Source of the DNA: Octopus bimaculoides
Taxonomy: Eukaryota
Direction: 5' to 3'
NCBI RefSeq assembly: GCF_001194135.2
Contig: NC_068989.1
Coordinates: forward strand, 50,267,499 to 50,315,257
DNA length: 47,759 nucleotides
The position numbers were made by a program, and so were the translations under genes. Below the pieces are notes generated by a model. That model was not told the origin of the DNA. It worked only from the letters and a program-made list of their open reading frames with translations, and did not search any database. This document shows, piece after piece, positions 36,158 through 47,759 of this stretch; position 1 is the stretch's first letter, and every line of letters begins with the position of its first letter.

Positions 36158-36395
36158 ATCTTCTTCTTCTTCTTCTTCTTCATCATCTTGTTGTTGTTGT
36201 TGTTGTTGTTCTTCTTCTTCTTCTTCNNNNNNNNNNCATCATCTTGTTGTTGTTGTTGTTGTTGTTGTTCTTCTTCTTCTTCTTCTTCTTCTTCTTCATC
36301 TTCTTCATCTTCTTCACCTTCTTCTTCTTCTTCTTCTTCTTCTTCTTCTTCTTCTTCTTCTTCTTCTTCTTCTTCTTCTTCTTCTTCTTCTTCTA
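35975..36395. repeat. Long compound (CTT)n/(GTT)n microsatellite
   Basis: Directly visible; explains the poly-E/K/L/F/S ORFs. Confidence 0.97.
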
Positions 36396-38217
36396 TGTCC
36401 AGGTTGCCATTCATCTCCTCTTGCTATCGCCATTGCTGGGAATGTTTCTTTGTGAATTGTATTTTGTTAAATCTAAATCGTATCGTAATATCTATGATAG
36501 TTAAACTATTAGTGCAATTGAGAGCCGTTTAAATTCATTTAAACTATTGACGCAACGAAGAAGATAAGATCACATCAGAATACATTTGTTTATTGTTACA
36601 GATCGTAATAAGTTGATAAGAAGTCTCACAGTTAAGAAACCGATAATTATCAACACTCCAACTTCATAGTTGAGTAGTTAGCAATAAAAAATCTAATTGC
36701 AAAAAATTTCTCTTAACAATATGTTAAAAGTCAAGTTTCCAAACGCAGTAGTGTAGAAAAGTTGCATGTAAAAAACAAAGAAAAAACAAACATTATTTTT
36801 GTTTCAAGGAATGTTAAAAATAAAACTTTATTTTGTTTGTTTTGTTTTCTAAATTAACTTAAAATATAAAACAATATTCATCTATTTCACAGTCTACTGC
36901 AGACATTATCTGGAAGACCTGTTGTTGTTTATTATTGATATCTGATTAAACAAGGTAAATTACTGCAATTGGCACAGCGATGCGTTCGAGAGAGTTAAAA
37001 ATCTCTTCTCGTAAAACTACTTGTCTTTATTTTATCGTTTGTAATCTGTAATAGATTGGTTAATGAAGATGGAGTCTATTGTGACATCATTAAACGTAGA
37101 CAGATACGAAACACGGTGTTCTTGAAGGTTTCTAATATATAATCCGTAAAAAGAATGCGATTCTATCCAGAACCTCTTTGCCAGGACTGTTTATTCTTTT
37201 CTATCACAGCACTCTCTTTCACCCAATGACATTTTACGACCGCATCTCCTCCAGCAATATAAAGCACAATAACAGACTATTTTTAAAAAATCAAATGTTG
37301 AGTGGTGCTTTGCTATCAATATGAGTAATGCCTGGTTATCTATATTTTCTTGCAGTATCCTGTCCCTTACTCTCATTTGTTTTAGATAGTGTTAAAATAT
37401 TTATGGAGATTATTAAATAAGGTGCAGATTTATATAACAAAATTATAGAACACATGGTGCTGTACGTGTCATAATCTTAGCAATAATTGCCTCGGAATTG
37501 CGTTTAGGATAAAAACATTGTAACTTGTTCAAATAAATTTCACAGAAAAATAAGAACCCTTCAAATTACCCGACATAGCTTCACATTGGCATGTGCTGTC
37601 CTTTGTGAACTTCCAACACTTCTGAATAGTTTAGATACCGTCCAGGTTAGGCAACACTATTACATGTCTTAGAAGCTATGCCAAATATTAAAACAGTTCA
37701 GTTTGTCCTTTCCTGTACATTTTACTTAGATAGAACCTGATACTTCTATAAGAACAACGGTCATGAGGTAGCTATTAACATTTCCTGGAAAGTAAATGTA
37801 CATAGTATGGCAGACTTGATTGTATTCATTAAAATGGAATATAGATGCAAAACTTTTCTCTACCTTGTCACATAAGTATTTAAAGCTGACCACATATTGG
37901 AGATATTTCTGCTTGCTTCAATGAATCCGAATTTTCTAGAATTATTCACAATTCATGTGTTACACTAGAATCGACATTCAAGATTTTACATTTCGAATTT
38001 GATAGAAACACAGCTCTGTCACCGATTTACAAATTCTTTATTTCTTCAAATGCAAAGTAAATTCAGTTCGACATGATAGATGAAATATATTGTTAGGAGA
38101 AGAATACTAGCTTCTAGTAAAACTTAAGAACTAAACTGATTACTATCGATTATTGTGTAAAATGGATGGAAATGAGGAAACATTCTACATTTATAATGCC
38201 ATCAAAGAATAACGGCA

Positions 38218-38292
38218 TCAATAATAATGATTATGATGATGATGATGATAATAATAACAACAACAACAATTATAATAATGATGATGATGATG

Positions 38293-38337
<45 letters not shown>
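38218..38337. repeat. (AAT)/(GAT)/(AAC) microsatellite
   Basis: Directly visible; immediately 5' of a LINE copy. Confidence 0.96.
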
Positions 38338-38341
<4 letters not shown>

Positions 38342-38344
38342 GAA

Positions 38345-39208
38345 AAACAAAGGAAGAAGTACAAAAGGATATGAAGAAAAATTACGCAATTAATTCCATG
38401 TGGCCACAACAGAAGTTGCTGGGGAAAATAGGTGGAATTGGCTGACGAAAGGAACCCTAAAAAGGAAACCGAGAGCCCTAAACTGGCAGCGCAGGACCAA
38501 GCTCTGACCACGAACCGGAGAGTCAGCCTGAGGAATGAGCAAGTGTCTCTGCTGTGCTGCATCTGCAATGGGGTGGATGAAACCATTGCCCATATCACGA
38601 AGAATGCCCTAGACATGCCCAAAACCCATTACAAGTTGTGGCCACACGACTCAGTAGGGGATGTGCTACATTGGATGCTGTGCCAAAAGTGGGCGCTAGA
38701 GACAGCCAAGACGTTATATGAGCACAAACCGCAGAGTGGCAGAGTCGGAGACTAGCAAAACCCTCTGTAATTTTCCAATCCAAATAGGCCAGGTGCTAGA
38801 GCATAACACCCCAGACCTAGTAGGGGTAGACAGGGTGCACCATGCTATATAGTTAGCGTTGCATGCCCCTTTGACTCACGAACAGTCAAGAAGGGAGGCG
38901 AAGACATAGAAATAACACGTTTCAGTACGAAATAGCCCGGCTATAATAAAGGAAGAGGTGAAGATATTGCCAATTATTGTTGGGTTCATGGGAAGAGTAG
39001 CAGAAGGCATCAAAAAGAATATAAAGGAAACCGGAATAGAGTACCCAGTAGAACTGTTACAAAATGTTGTCTCCTTGGCACCACAAGAATAATGAGGAAG
39101 GTAATACGTAGTTGAAACGACCGAATAGCATGGTACTATATGCTGCAGGTAGTAAGCCCGCTACGCATGCAAGGCACCATGAGCTCCAACAAAACATGTG
39201 AGAAAGAG
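38345..39208 (+). mobile_element. R4/Dong-like LINE 3' part (family B), degenerate
   Basis: AAQDQALTTN, CCICNGVDETIAHI, HDSVGDVLHWMLCQKW..YEHKP; 3' UTR homologous to 13750-13841; (TAA)n on both sides. Confidence 0.88.
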
Positions 39209-39275
<67 letters not shown>

Positions 39276-39287
39276 TGATAATATTAA

Positions 39288-39418
39288 CCTGTTGGTTTAA
39301 CTGCGAAATCCCAGAAGATAGTGACTTTTTACCTTCAGGATGATGTTCAAACCAGTAATCAGGAATGTTGCTTGTGTACTGTTTACGTATTTTCCAGTGT
39401 AAAATGTTCAAAGCAGAT
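39288..39418 (-). mobile_element. Inverted R4/Dong-like C-terminal fragment
   Basis: Minus-strand translation NILHWKIRKQYTSNIPDYWFEHHPEG, then KKVTIFWDF in a shifted frame. Confidence 0.75.
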
Positions 39419-41720
39419 GTAATGAGGTTTTATAGGAAAATTGACAAATGTAAGATGGGGGTAAAGTAATCGCCTAAGTTTGAGGAAGTAGAAGAGTTCT
39501 GGAAGAAGATTTGGTGCAACGAAAAAGAGTATAATGCTGAAATTGAATGGACAGAACGTGAGAAAAACAGAATGGATGAAGTTGAAGAATAGACATAGGA
39601 AGCAATACGAATAGAAAAGCTCAAGTGTGTTCTTAGAAAGTCTCATAAATGGAAAAGCCCATAACTGAACCGGATACCTAATTTCTGACTGAATTGATTG
39701 GGGGAAGTACACGAGATTCTCGCTGTACCTCAGACTTATATCATTCAAATCTCAGGGCAAATACCCACCTGGCTGACTGAAGGGACTACGTACCTACATC
39801 CAAGAATTGATGACTGAGAAACCCGAAGATTTAACGACTAATAACATACCTCAATACCACTTACAAGATCATCACATCCATAATAACTGAAAGAATGCAC
39901 GCTTTCATTGAACAGGACTCTATCCTTCCACCAGCTCAAAATGTTGTAAAAGAAATTCCTAAGGTGACAAAGACGAATCGCCCATACATTGAATGACTTT
40001 AGAGAATTACCGGAGCAAAAACAAGAACCTGAGCACAGCACAGGTAGACTACAGGATAGCGCTTGATATAAGTGGATGTTCAAGGATCTTGAAATATACA
40101 AGATCTCTCCTGTGATTTCCGAATTCTTAAATAAAAATTAACTTGGCGTAATTGAACACACGTCTAAATCATGCTAATGGGATGAATTAATACAACAGCG
40201 TGAACATCAAACGATGCAGCATTCAAGGAAACTCAACTTGTAAATATTTGTGAAGGGAAGAAAGAAATGATATATGTCATGCCACTACGAAGGAAAAAAA
40301 GAGAAAGAAATGAGTACGATAGGAGAATAAAACCTGTAGTGAAGTTTGAACTTAACTATAAAAATCGGAACGAAGCTATTGACACCCTGGAACTTGAAGT
40401 TCACTACTGCTTTAATATCATTAACTGGAACCTTACGGTAAAAGAATTATTAACATCTACTAATATGCACTGCTCTAAGGTAGGCGTAGACTGTCTGTAT
40501 CTATCTAGAAGCAGTAGGAGAAGACGAATGATGCAATTAGAATTCTGGTATAAAACCTCCACTTTAGGGATGGACTGCTACTTACCTAACACAAGCTGCG
40601 GCTTGAGTGCGAACATGAAAGCAGCAAAATCTCGCATTCTGTTGTGAAGGTAGCTTGTAAATTCGCAAGGGATCTTGGCCTTAACCCTGAATTATATGCA
40701 AGCAAACCTAATCAAGCAGACTGCTAAGAAGGTCGGGTAGAAAGAAATTGAGGAGCGATGGATCTTGAAGTCCCTGCATAGAAAATATATTGCTCGAAGT
40801 CAAAATACTGATGTATACCAAACAACAACCTATTAGTGGCTGAGGAGTTCAGCTGCACAAAATCAAAGCTTGTTTACCAGAAATTACTAGGCTAATGTTC
40901 TTCAAAACGGTGCTTACCCAAAATAGAGATTCTGCAACATATTTGAAGAAGCAAGCTGTCCTGCGCTGACACAAAACGAATATAAAAGTCGCACGATAGC
41001 GAAGAGCAATATCTACATTAGAAAATAGGTAAGCACTAGAAATTCGACACGTCAGCTGACTGATATCTAGTATGAATAACATCTTGAGCCAATGGTTAAA
41101 TGTATAGATTTTCCAGTCAATACTGACAGAACAATCCAGGCTAAATCACCAGACATAATTATTAAAATCAGAGAAGAAAGTACTTATGGAATAATATTGG
41201 GTTTTCCGGAAAGTTCGTGTCGATTTTTAAAGGAAAGAAAAAGGTCAATAAATACTTGCCATTACATTTTTAATCAACCAAATATTAACCATTTTGTTGC
41301 ACAATGCGTCTCCATCTTTTCTTTAACTTGAAAATACTCTCTTCCCAGAATTGAGGTGGTTTCATGGCAAATAAGTCGAAAGGTAAGCTACTATAAATCG
41401 GCACGAACTTTCCGGACAACCCAATAGCTGTAACTGTTCCCTCTGGTAAAAGAATTCTACAATCCTAGTATTAATAAATAATAGGACGTTGAAATACAAA
41501 AGTTGTGGGTTCTTTGAAGCACAAACCGTTCCAGTTGTTGTAGACGTACCAGGTTTGAAACAAAAGGATGTCAGAAATATCTAGACGTCCCTGGGGAACC
41601 ATACCACAACGAAATCTAAAATGCTGTACTGACACGTACCACCCACATCCTTAGAAAATCTCTATCAATATAAATTCTAATATCATATACAATGAATGTA
41701 TTTCTATACTGGCTTCCCCA
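39419..41720 (+). mobile_element. Degenerate R4/Dong-like LINE
   Basis: EVEEFWKKIW, HKWKSP, PTWLTEG, NRNEAIDTLELEVHYCFNIINW, DCLYLSRSSRRR, DFPVNTDRTIQAKSPDIII, HILRKSLSI*. Confidence 0.85.
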
Positions 41721-42018
41721 TATATCTTCCCCAAGCTTTCAGCTATATTGCATGTAAATTAAAAGAAAAGAACTGCGCTCAGAGTAGCGTAGCACCTTCA
41801 ATACTTTTGCCCGTATATGTTGTTTAAGTGTTTCTGCTTACATATTTCTGTAAACAGTTTGGGTGTAATTCTTTGATTTCAGTGTCTAATCAAATTAAAT
41901 GCTCTCAATTTCTGTTCATTTGCTACATTTCCAGATTCTTTGCTATACTTGTATGCTATGATATTAATTTTAACAAATCTACTATATTCATGAGTAATTT
42001 TACTAGAGTCACTACCTG

Positions 42019-42100
42019 AATATTTTTGCTCAATTCTTGTACTTTCTAAATATTTTTGCTCTATCCTTGTGACTTCTAAATATTTTTACACCATCCTTGT
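42019..42100. repeat. 30-bp minisatellite, ~2.8 copies
   Basis: AATATTTTTGCT.. starts at 42019, 42049 and 42079. Confidence 0.85.
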
Positions 42101-42119
42101 AGATCAACTCGATTACAAT

Positions 42120-43400
42120 TGGGCTGAAACGTTTATAGATATTTGTTGTTTCATTCATTAGATCTGTTAGGCAGAAGAATAAAAGAGAGAGTAGTCTTCT
42201 TGTAGATATAAGGTTGATTCTAATTCTGATTTTGTCCTTCAGTGATATAGTTGTTTTCGAACTTGGTATGACATAGCTTCATTAATAAAGGCTTCATTAA
42301 TGAAGCTTTTATAAATGAGGCCTTTTCATATAAAAGAAATGTCTCAAAAATATAAGAGTGTGCTATAGAATGGAATAATATTCAGTAATGAATCATTACC
42401 ATTCTGAGGTTTGTCTTCCTCTATTCTATAGCAGTCCGATTCCATGCAGCTGTTCTTTGCAACTATATATCACTTCCAGCATCTAAGCATTTATGCTCCT
42501 CTAGAAATAGGCAGCTCATTGTAGATGTTGTAAGTGCCTTGCATGTCGTTGAAAGCTGCAGTTTTGGAGTCCGTTGTGTCAGGTTTTTTGAAATTGATAT
42601 TACATTGTGCTCAAATAACTATTCCGTTTTTAATTCTAGTCTCATTGCTAATTCAAGGAATGTCTTTGCCATAAATCCATGAATAATATTCTAGCCTTTC
42701 GGGCAGAAATACAGGATTTTGTGAATTCCGGAAGCTTTTAAGTTGCCTGGAGACTCCATCATGTTATTAAATTCCTACTTATCCTACGCTGTGATATAAT
42801 TATATTTTTCTCATTCTCTTCTCATCCATTGTGTATTTGTATTGTACCAAATGTCTATACTCGATATTTTCCCACAATATGATCGACCTTCCCTTCATGT
42901 CGATGCGTTCTGCGATGTTGTTTCTTCGTAATTTCCTGTTAAAAGGTTTTGGTATTTGATTAAAATATCTAGTTCTGAATGAACTGTTAATACTTCTCTT
43001 TAAATAATACGACTTGTTGCAGTCCTTTCATTTCAAGGTTTTCTATTTTTATATCGATATTACACATTATAATTATCCAGGTTCTTTGGGGATTTAATAC
43101 TGGAACACCCTTTTTCAATTTTGCTTTAGTATAGATAACTCTTGAAAATTTTCTCTAGGTCAGCGTAGATAAAGTCTTATTCAATTAAAACTGAATCTTA
43201 TTTTGTTCGATAATACTACAAATACAACTTCTACTGAAAATATTATATCACTCAGGTTGCTGATACACGGTATTTTATTAGGAGAGCTGCTCCTATCACA
43301 GGAATTTCTGGCATCCGTGCCATCGACTTTCTGGTACTCCCTTTCATTTACATTATCATTCCTCAAATGTAGTCCTTAATTTCAGATTAGTGTTCTGATT
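42120..43400 (-). mobile_element. Possible very old Penelope-like remnant
   Basis: Weak minus-strand motifs CLFLEEHKCLDAGSDI (cf. CPLxGKCLxxxVIY) and FCLT (cf. CxLCLxEK); otherwise unreadable. Confidence 0.3.
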
Positions 43401-44676
43401 TGACTCTTTAGTCCCAATCTGATTGCAGTAGAAAGGGTTATTTTAATATGGTTGAGAATTTGTTGTGTTTGTAAGGCACTTCTATCGCTTTCATCAGTTT
43501 TGCTGCCCTTTGCTCTTTTACGTTTGTGCCTGCTCTTGTTTTTCTGTCATATTGTATTTGTGAATGGCAGTTTTGATATATTCTTTTTTATTTTGAGTGT
43601 CATTTTATGTATTTTCCTTTTTCTTTTTTTTTTTGTAAGTTTTTATTTCGTCTGGGTGTGATGTTTTATGTATATGTCGCTTTCGATTATAGTGTTTTTA
43701 TTCGCTTCTGGGTATTCTTGTTTTGCGTGAATTCACGGTGATTTTGTTTTTATTTTCAATGCGTATTCTTTGTATGACATGTATTAGCTTCATTTTTGGA
43801 ATCTTTTTAGTGTTCATTACGTTCTCTGCACATTTGCAAATGTATTCAAATTATGCTGTTCCGTCCTCATTTATTTATTCTCCTCTACGATTCATACATC
43901 TCTTTCATGTTTCTCCTGATTGTTTATCTGAAAATAAAACAAAACGACTGATATCATTTAAAAAAAAGAGACACAAGCCCCCCACCCCAAAAACCTCAAT
44001 GAAAACATCACAACATAATCTACCACAGAAAATAAACAAGGTTTCGTCAAAGAAACAAAGCAATACGGTGGGAACGGCCTCCCATACAATAAATGAGCCA
44101 TCAAATCAAAACGAAAATATCAGAGGATCCATCACATAAAAGCAAACACGTCATTACATTTCGCATTTTCATCCGACGTTCGATCTTAGTTTTATATATG
44201 TTTTGTTGGATGCTAACATTATGAGGTAGGCATTTAGTGAAAGAGCATGGCTCTTGACAAAAATGTTACATTATTTTCCTAACCTGCTTGCTTTAAACTA
44301 ATGGTACAGTATTACCATCATTTATTCGAAAGCGGTGAATATTACGTTTTATTACTAAAGATTAATCGTTTCTATATTTAATGTGCCAGATAAAATACGC
44401 TTCTATGTGAAGGTATGTATCATTTTGTCCCAAATTTAGATCTTTCTACGATCTATATAGTAAGGTAAGTATGTACATAGCACTTGCTTCCAATGTGTCC
44501 GCTAGCTCCAACGTGTACATTCGAATAAACCTTAGAACGTTGTTGAGAAACGTCATTGTCATATTCGTACAGTGTTTTTCTTTTTTTACGCCCTAAGGTC
44601 AATGAGAAAAACGGGTGGATGTTCTGCGAGAACATCCGGTAAAATCACAGATTACTGCATTGCGTATACATAAAGA

Positions 44677-44776
<100 letters not shown>

Positions 44777-44777
44777 T

Positions 44778-45349
44778 GAGACAATGCCTGAATGGCATAC
44801 GAAAGGGAAAACTATCCTAATACCCAAATCCACGAAAACGGCAAAACCACAAAACTACAGACCTATAACCTGTCTCCCTACAATCTACAAAGCCTTTACT
44901 GCAATAATATCGCAGAGATTGAGTAAGCACCTGGAAGAAAACAATCTGTTTCCAGAAGAGCAGAAGGGATGATGCAAGGGCTCATACGGCTGTAAAAATC
45001 AATTAATTATCAATAAAGCCATACATGAAGACAGCCGCAGAAAGAAGAAAGGCCTCAATATGGCCTGGATCGACTACCGCAAGGTTTTTGATAGTGTTCC
45101 ACAAACGTGGATTAACGAAATGCTTGCCATAAACACGGTAGGACCAATAATTATAAAATACATGACACTTTATGAATAAATGGCAGAGCTCCAAACAAAA
45201 GAGGGACTCGTGAAAACCAAAGCTATCGCCATTAGAAGAAGAATATTCCAGGGAGACACGCTCTCTCCACTCCTGTTCTGCTTGGCACTGAAACCTTTAT
45301 TTGACATGCTAAATAGAACTGGATGCGGATACAAATGTTACGACAAAAA
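44778..45349 (+). mobile_element. R4/Dong-like RT fragment
   Basis: KGKTILIPKS..AKPQNYRPITCLPTIYK, MAWIDYRKVFDSVP, RRRIFQGDTLSPLLFCLAL. Confidence 0.92.
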
Positions 45350-47165
45350 TATGAACGGGAGGGAATACGAAACAAATCTGAAACCTGGAAACAGTGAAGG
45401 TGAACCTAATTATTATGATACACTAAAAATGAGCGCATAATCAAAGAACTGAAAGCCAAATATTTCAGTATGGACCACTGATTGTACATCCCCAAAATTG
45501 ATAAGAAACAAACAACATGAATAATACATAGCATGAACCTGGCCATCACAGGACAAATAGCCACAGAAATAAATGTAAATATGACCAGGCTAAATGATAT
45601 AGTATACGCAGCAGCCACTGTGGCCACAGAAGGAACTGGATACTCCCTCAAACTGGAATACCACCGCCCAACATGGAATACCACCAAACTGGAATACTCC
45701 ACCTCCCCTCAAATAAAAACCCTGTGGATTAATAATATCCAGAAAATATAGAAGACAAGAGAAAAGGTCTGTCAATCGTTAACGAAGATAGTAGACAATC
45801 AACATTACTAAGGAACGAGCAGAGAACGAAAATACTACGTAAATAATCAAATTAAGCAAAATGTTATACCTGAGGTAAAAGAAAAACTAAAGCAAGATCT
45901 CCTCGCCAAAGCACAACGAATCCGTTGGTATGATAAACGCCAACGTTAAACAGTTCAAATCTAACCCCAAAAGATTCTACCAAGAACTTGGCAAAAATAA
46001 AATAGACATCAATGCAGCACCAACTGCAGATGATATGTAAGAAGTTAGGAAAGCAATATGGACAGTGAAGGAACAGCATCAGAAAAGGTCTATGAAAACA
46101 ACTAACTCAGCATCTGAAGAACTCTGAACCCCTATAACAACTGAAGAAATCGCCCAGGCACTGCAAAAACTAAGCAACTGGAAGAGACTCGGTAACGATA
46201 AGATCCCCAGCTTCTGATTAAAATATCTGATAGGAACGCATAAAAAGCTGGCCGAGAAATTGAATGAGAAACTACCTAATCCAGAGACAATGCCTGAACG
46301 GCTCACCGAAGGGAACAACTATCCTGAAACCCAAATCCACTGAAATGGCAAAACCACAAAATTACAGACAAATAGCTCTTCTCCCTACAATCTACAAAGC
46401 CTTTACTACAATAATATCGCAGAGAATGAGAAAGCATCTGGAAGAAGACAACCTGTTTCCAGAAAGCAGAAGGGAAGCTGCAGAAACTGATACGACTGTA
46501 AAGATAAGCTAATGATCAATAAAGTCATAACTGAAGACAGCCGTAGAAAGAAGAAGGGTCTACGTATGGCCTGGATAGATTACTGAAAAGTTTTTGATAG
46601 TATTCCCCAAACATGGATCCTAAGAACACTGACCATGAACATGGTAGCACCAATAATCATAAAATACAAAACATATTCCATGAATAAAGAGCAGGCAGTG
46701 CTACAGTTCCAGACAAAAGAAGGACTCATAAAGACCAAAGCCATCCCCTTTAGAAGAGGAATATTCCAGGGAGACACGCTCTCCCCACTCCTTTTCTGCT
46801 TGACACTGACACCTTTATCTGACATGCTAAACAGAACTGTATGTGGATACAGTTACAACAAAACAGAACTGGATGTGGATAACTGCTACAGCAAAACAAT
46901 CAGCCACCTTTTATGTATGGATTACCTAAACCTGTACGCTTCAAATTATAAGCAGCTGGGAGCATTACTACAGGCAGTTCATGGATTAACCAAAGAAATA
47001 TATGATGAAATTTGGCTCAGAAAAATGTGCCAAAGCAACCTTGAAAAGCTGAAAACTAGATAAGTGTAGCAACATCATACTAGATAAAATAAATGAAACA
47101 GGAGAATTAGAGCAAAGCCAGACAACAAAAAAAAACCCCAAAATTAAACAAATAAAACTATCGAT
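45350..47165 (+). mobile_element. R4/Dong-like LINE, pre-RT region plus RT, degenerate
   Basis: KLSNWKRLGNDKI, PQNYRQIALLPTIYK, RRGIFQGDTLSPLLFC, HLLCMDYLNLYA (YMDDLKLY). Confidence 0.9.
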
Positions 47166-47169
47166 AGAG

Positions 47170-47759
47170 GGAAGCGCTTTAAGGCTACTCGTGGAAAAGC
47201 CCACAAAATCCACGGGTACCTGACCAACAGGGGAAGTACCCTCCTCTTATTTTCCACAGGTGCATGCTCAAAATGGATCCTTTCACACTGGCCATTTTTC
47301 TTACATTCACCTACCTTTCAACAAATTTTCTAGAAAGCAACACCTCCCTTTCTTCCCTCACTTTGCTTTCCAAGTGAAATAAAAAAAAGTTTACGAGGGC
47401 TGGGCCAAAGAAGATAGTATCTCTCTTTAGCCCTTTCAAACGTATCCACCACACTACCTCTTTCACTATAGCCACAAGACAAATACAAATCCCCTGCTCC
47501 TCCCGGCTAAAGGAGGGCGGCGGGGAAATTTTCACTGGTAGTCGGATCCGTCCTACACCTGACAACAAGTGTTCGACAAAAATCTACAGGTTAGCAATAC
47601 TCGGGCACTGGAAGAGTGCGTGCAGAACGGTTTCGTCGCTCTGCGTGTACCTCGAGCAGGCTCGGCCTACGGCACTTCCGTGCCTGTAGAGTTTGTCTCG
47701 AACCAGCAGCACACCTACCCCGGTAGCACTGTCAGGCGAAGGATTTCTAGAAATTATCC
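47170..47759 (-). mobile_element. L1/Tx1-type LINE 3' end (zinc knuckle, C-terminus, 3' UTR), runs off the window
   Basis: Minus strand reads VRDKLYRHGSAVGRACSRYTQSDETVLHALFQCP (CxxC..ETxxHxxxxC-type) then VWWIRLKGL...FFLFHLESKVREER..LS..FVER. Confidence 0.8.

Noticed and set aside
35932-36532. Homopolymeric ORFs (poly-E/K/Q/L/F/S), also poly-I/Y ORFs elsewhere
   Set aside because: Translations of triplet microsatellites; no evidence of coding function.
42095-42140. GAAACGTT hammerhead-like half motif
   Set aside because: No recognisable CUGANGA core or sound stems, and it is on the opposite strand to the putative PLE remnant.

Overview
This is AT-rich, repeat-saturated animal genomic DNA from a gapped draft assembly, not a prokaryotic locus. 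N-runs lie at 4779-5399, 9014-9380, 10053-10260 and 20882-21401, plus three 10-N gaps. An octopus/coleoid origin is inferred from the SINE families, TTAGGG repeats and extreme microsatellite load; I did not verify it by search. No intact protein-coding gene is visible, and only one candidate 57-nt host exon (8638-8694) was found. The window holds decayed mobile elements of many classes: about 12 R4/Dong-like (RLE-type) LINE pieces stacked in (TAA)n microsatellites, Penelope-like elements (PLE), an RTE fragment, an L1/Tx1 3' end, two mariner transposons (one full length with TIRs and TA TSD), a non-autonomous Helitron, and three tRNA-SINE families. The most interesting signal is RNA-level. One tRNA-headed SINE family ends in a minimal type I hammerhead ribozyme motif (3 copies, two in an inverted junction). 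A Penelope terminal repeat in the window carries a hammerhead of the same unusual architecture, suggesting a Pol III SINE mobilised by Penelope machinery. All translations and alignments were done by eye, and element boundaries are approximate unless terminal motifs are quoted.
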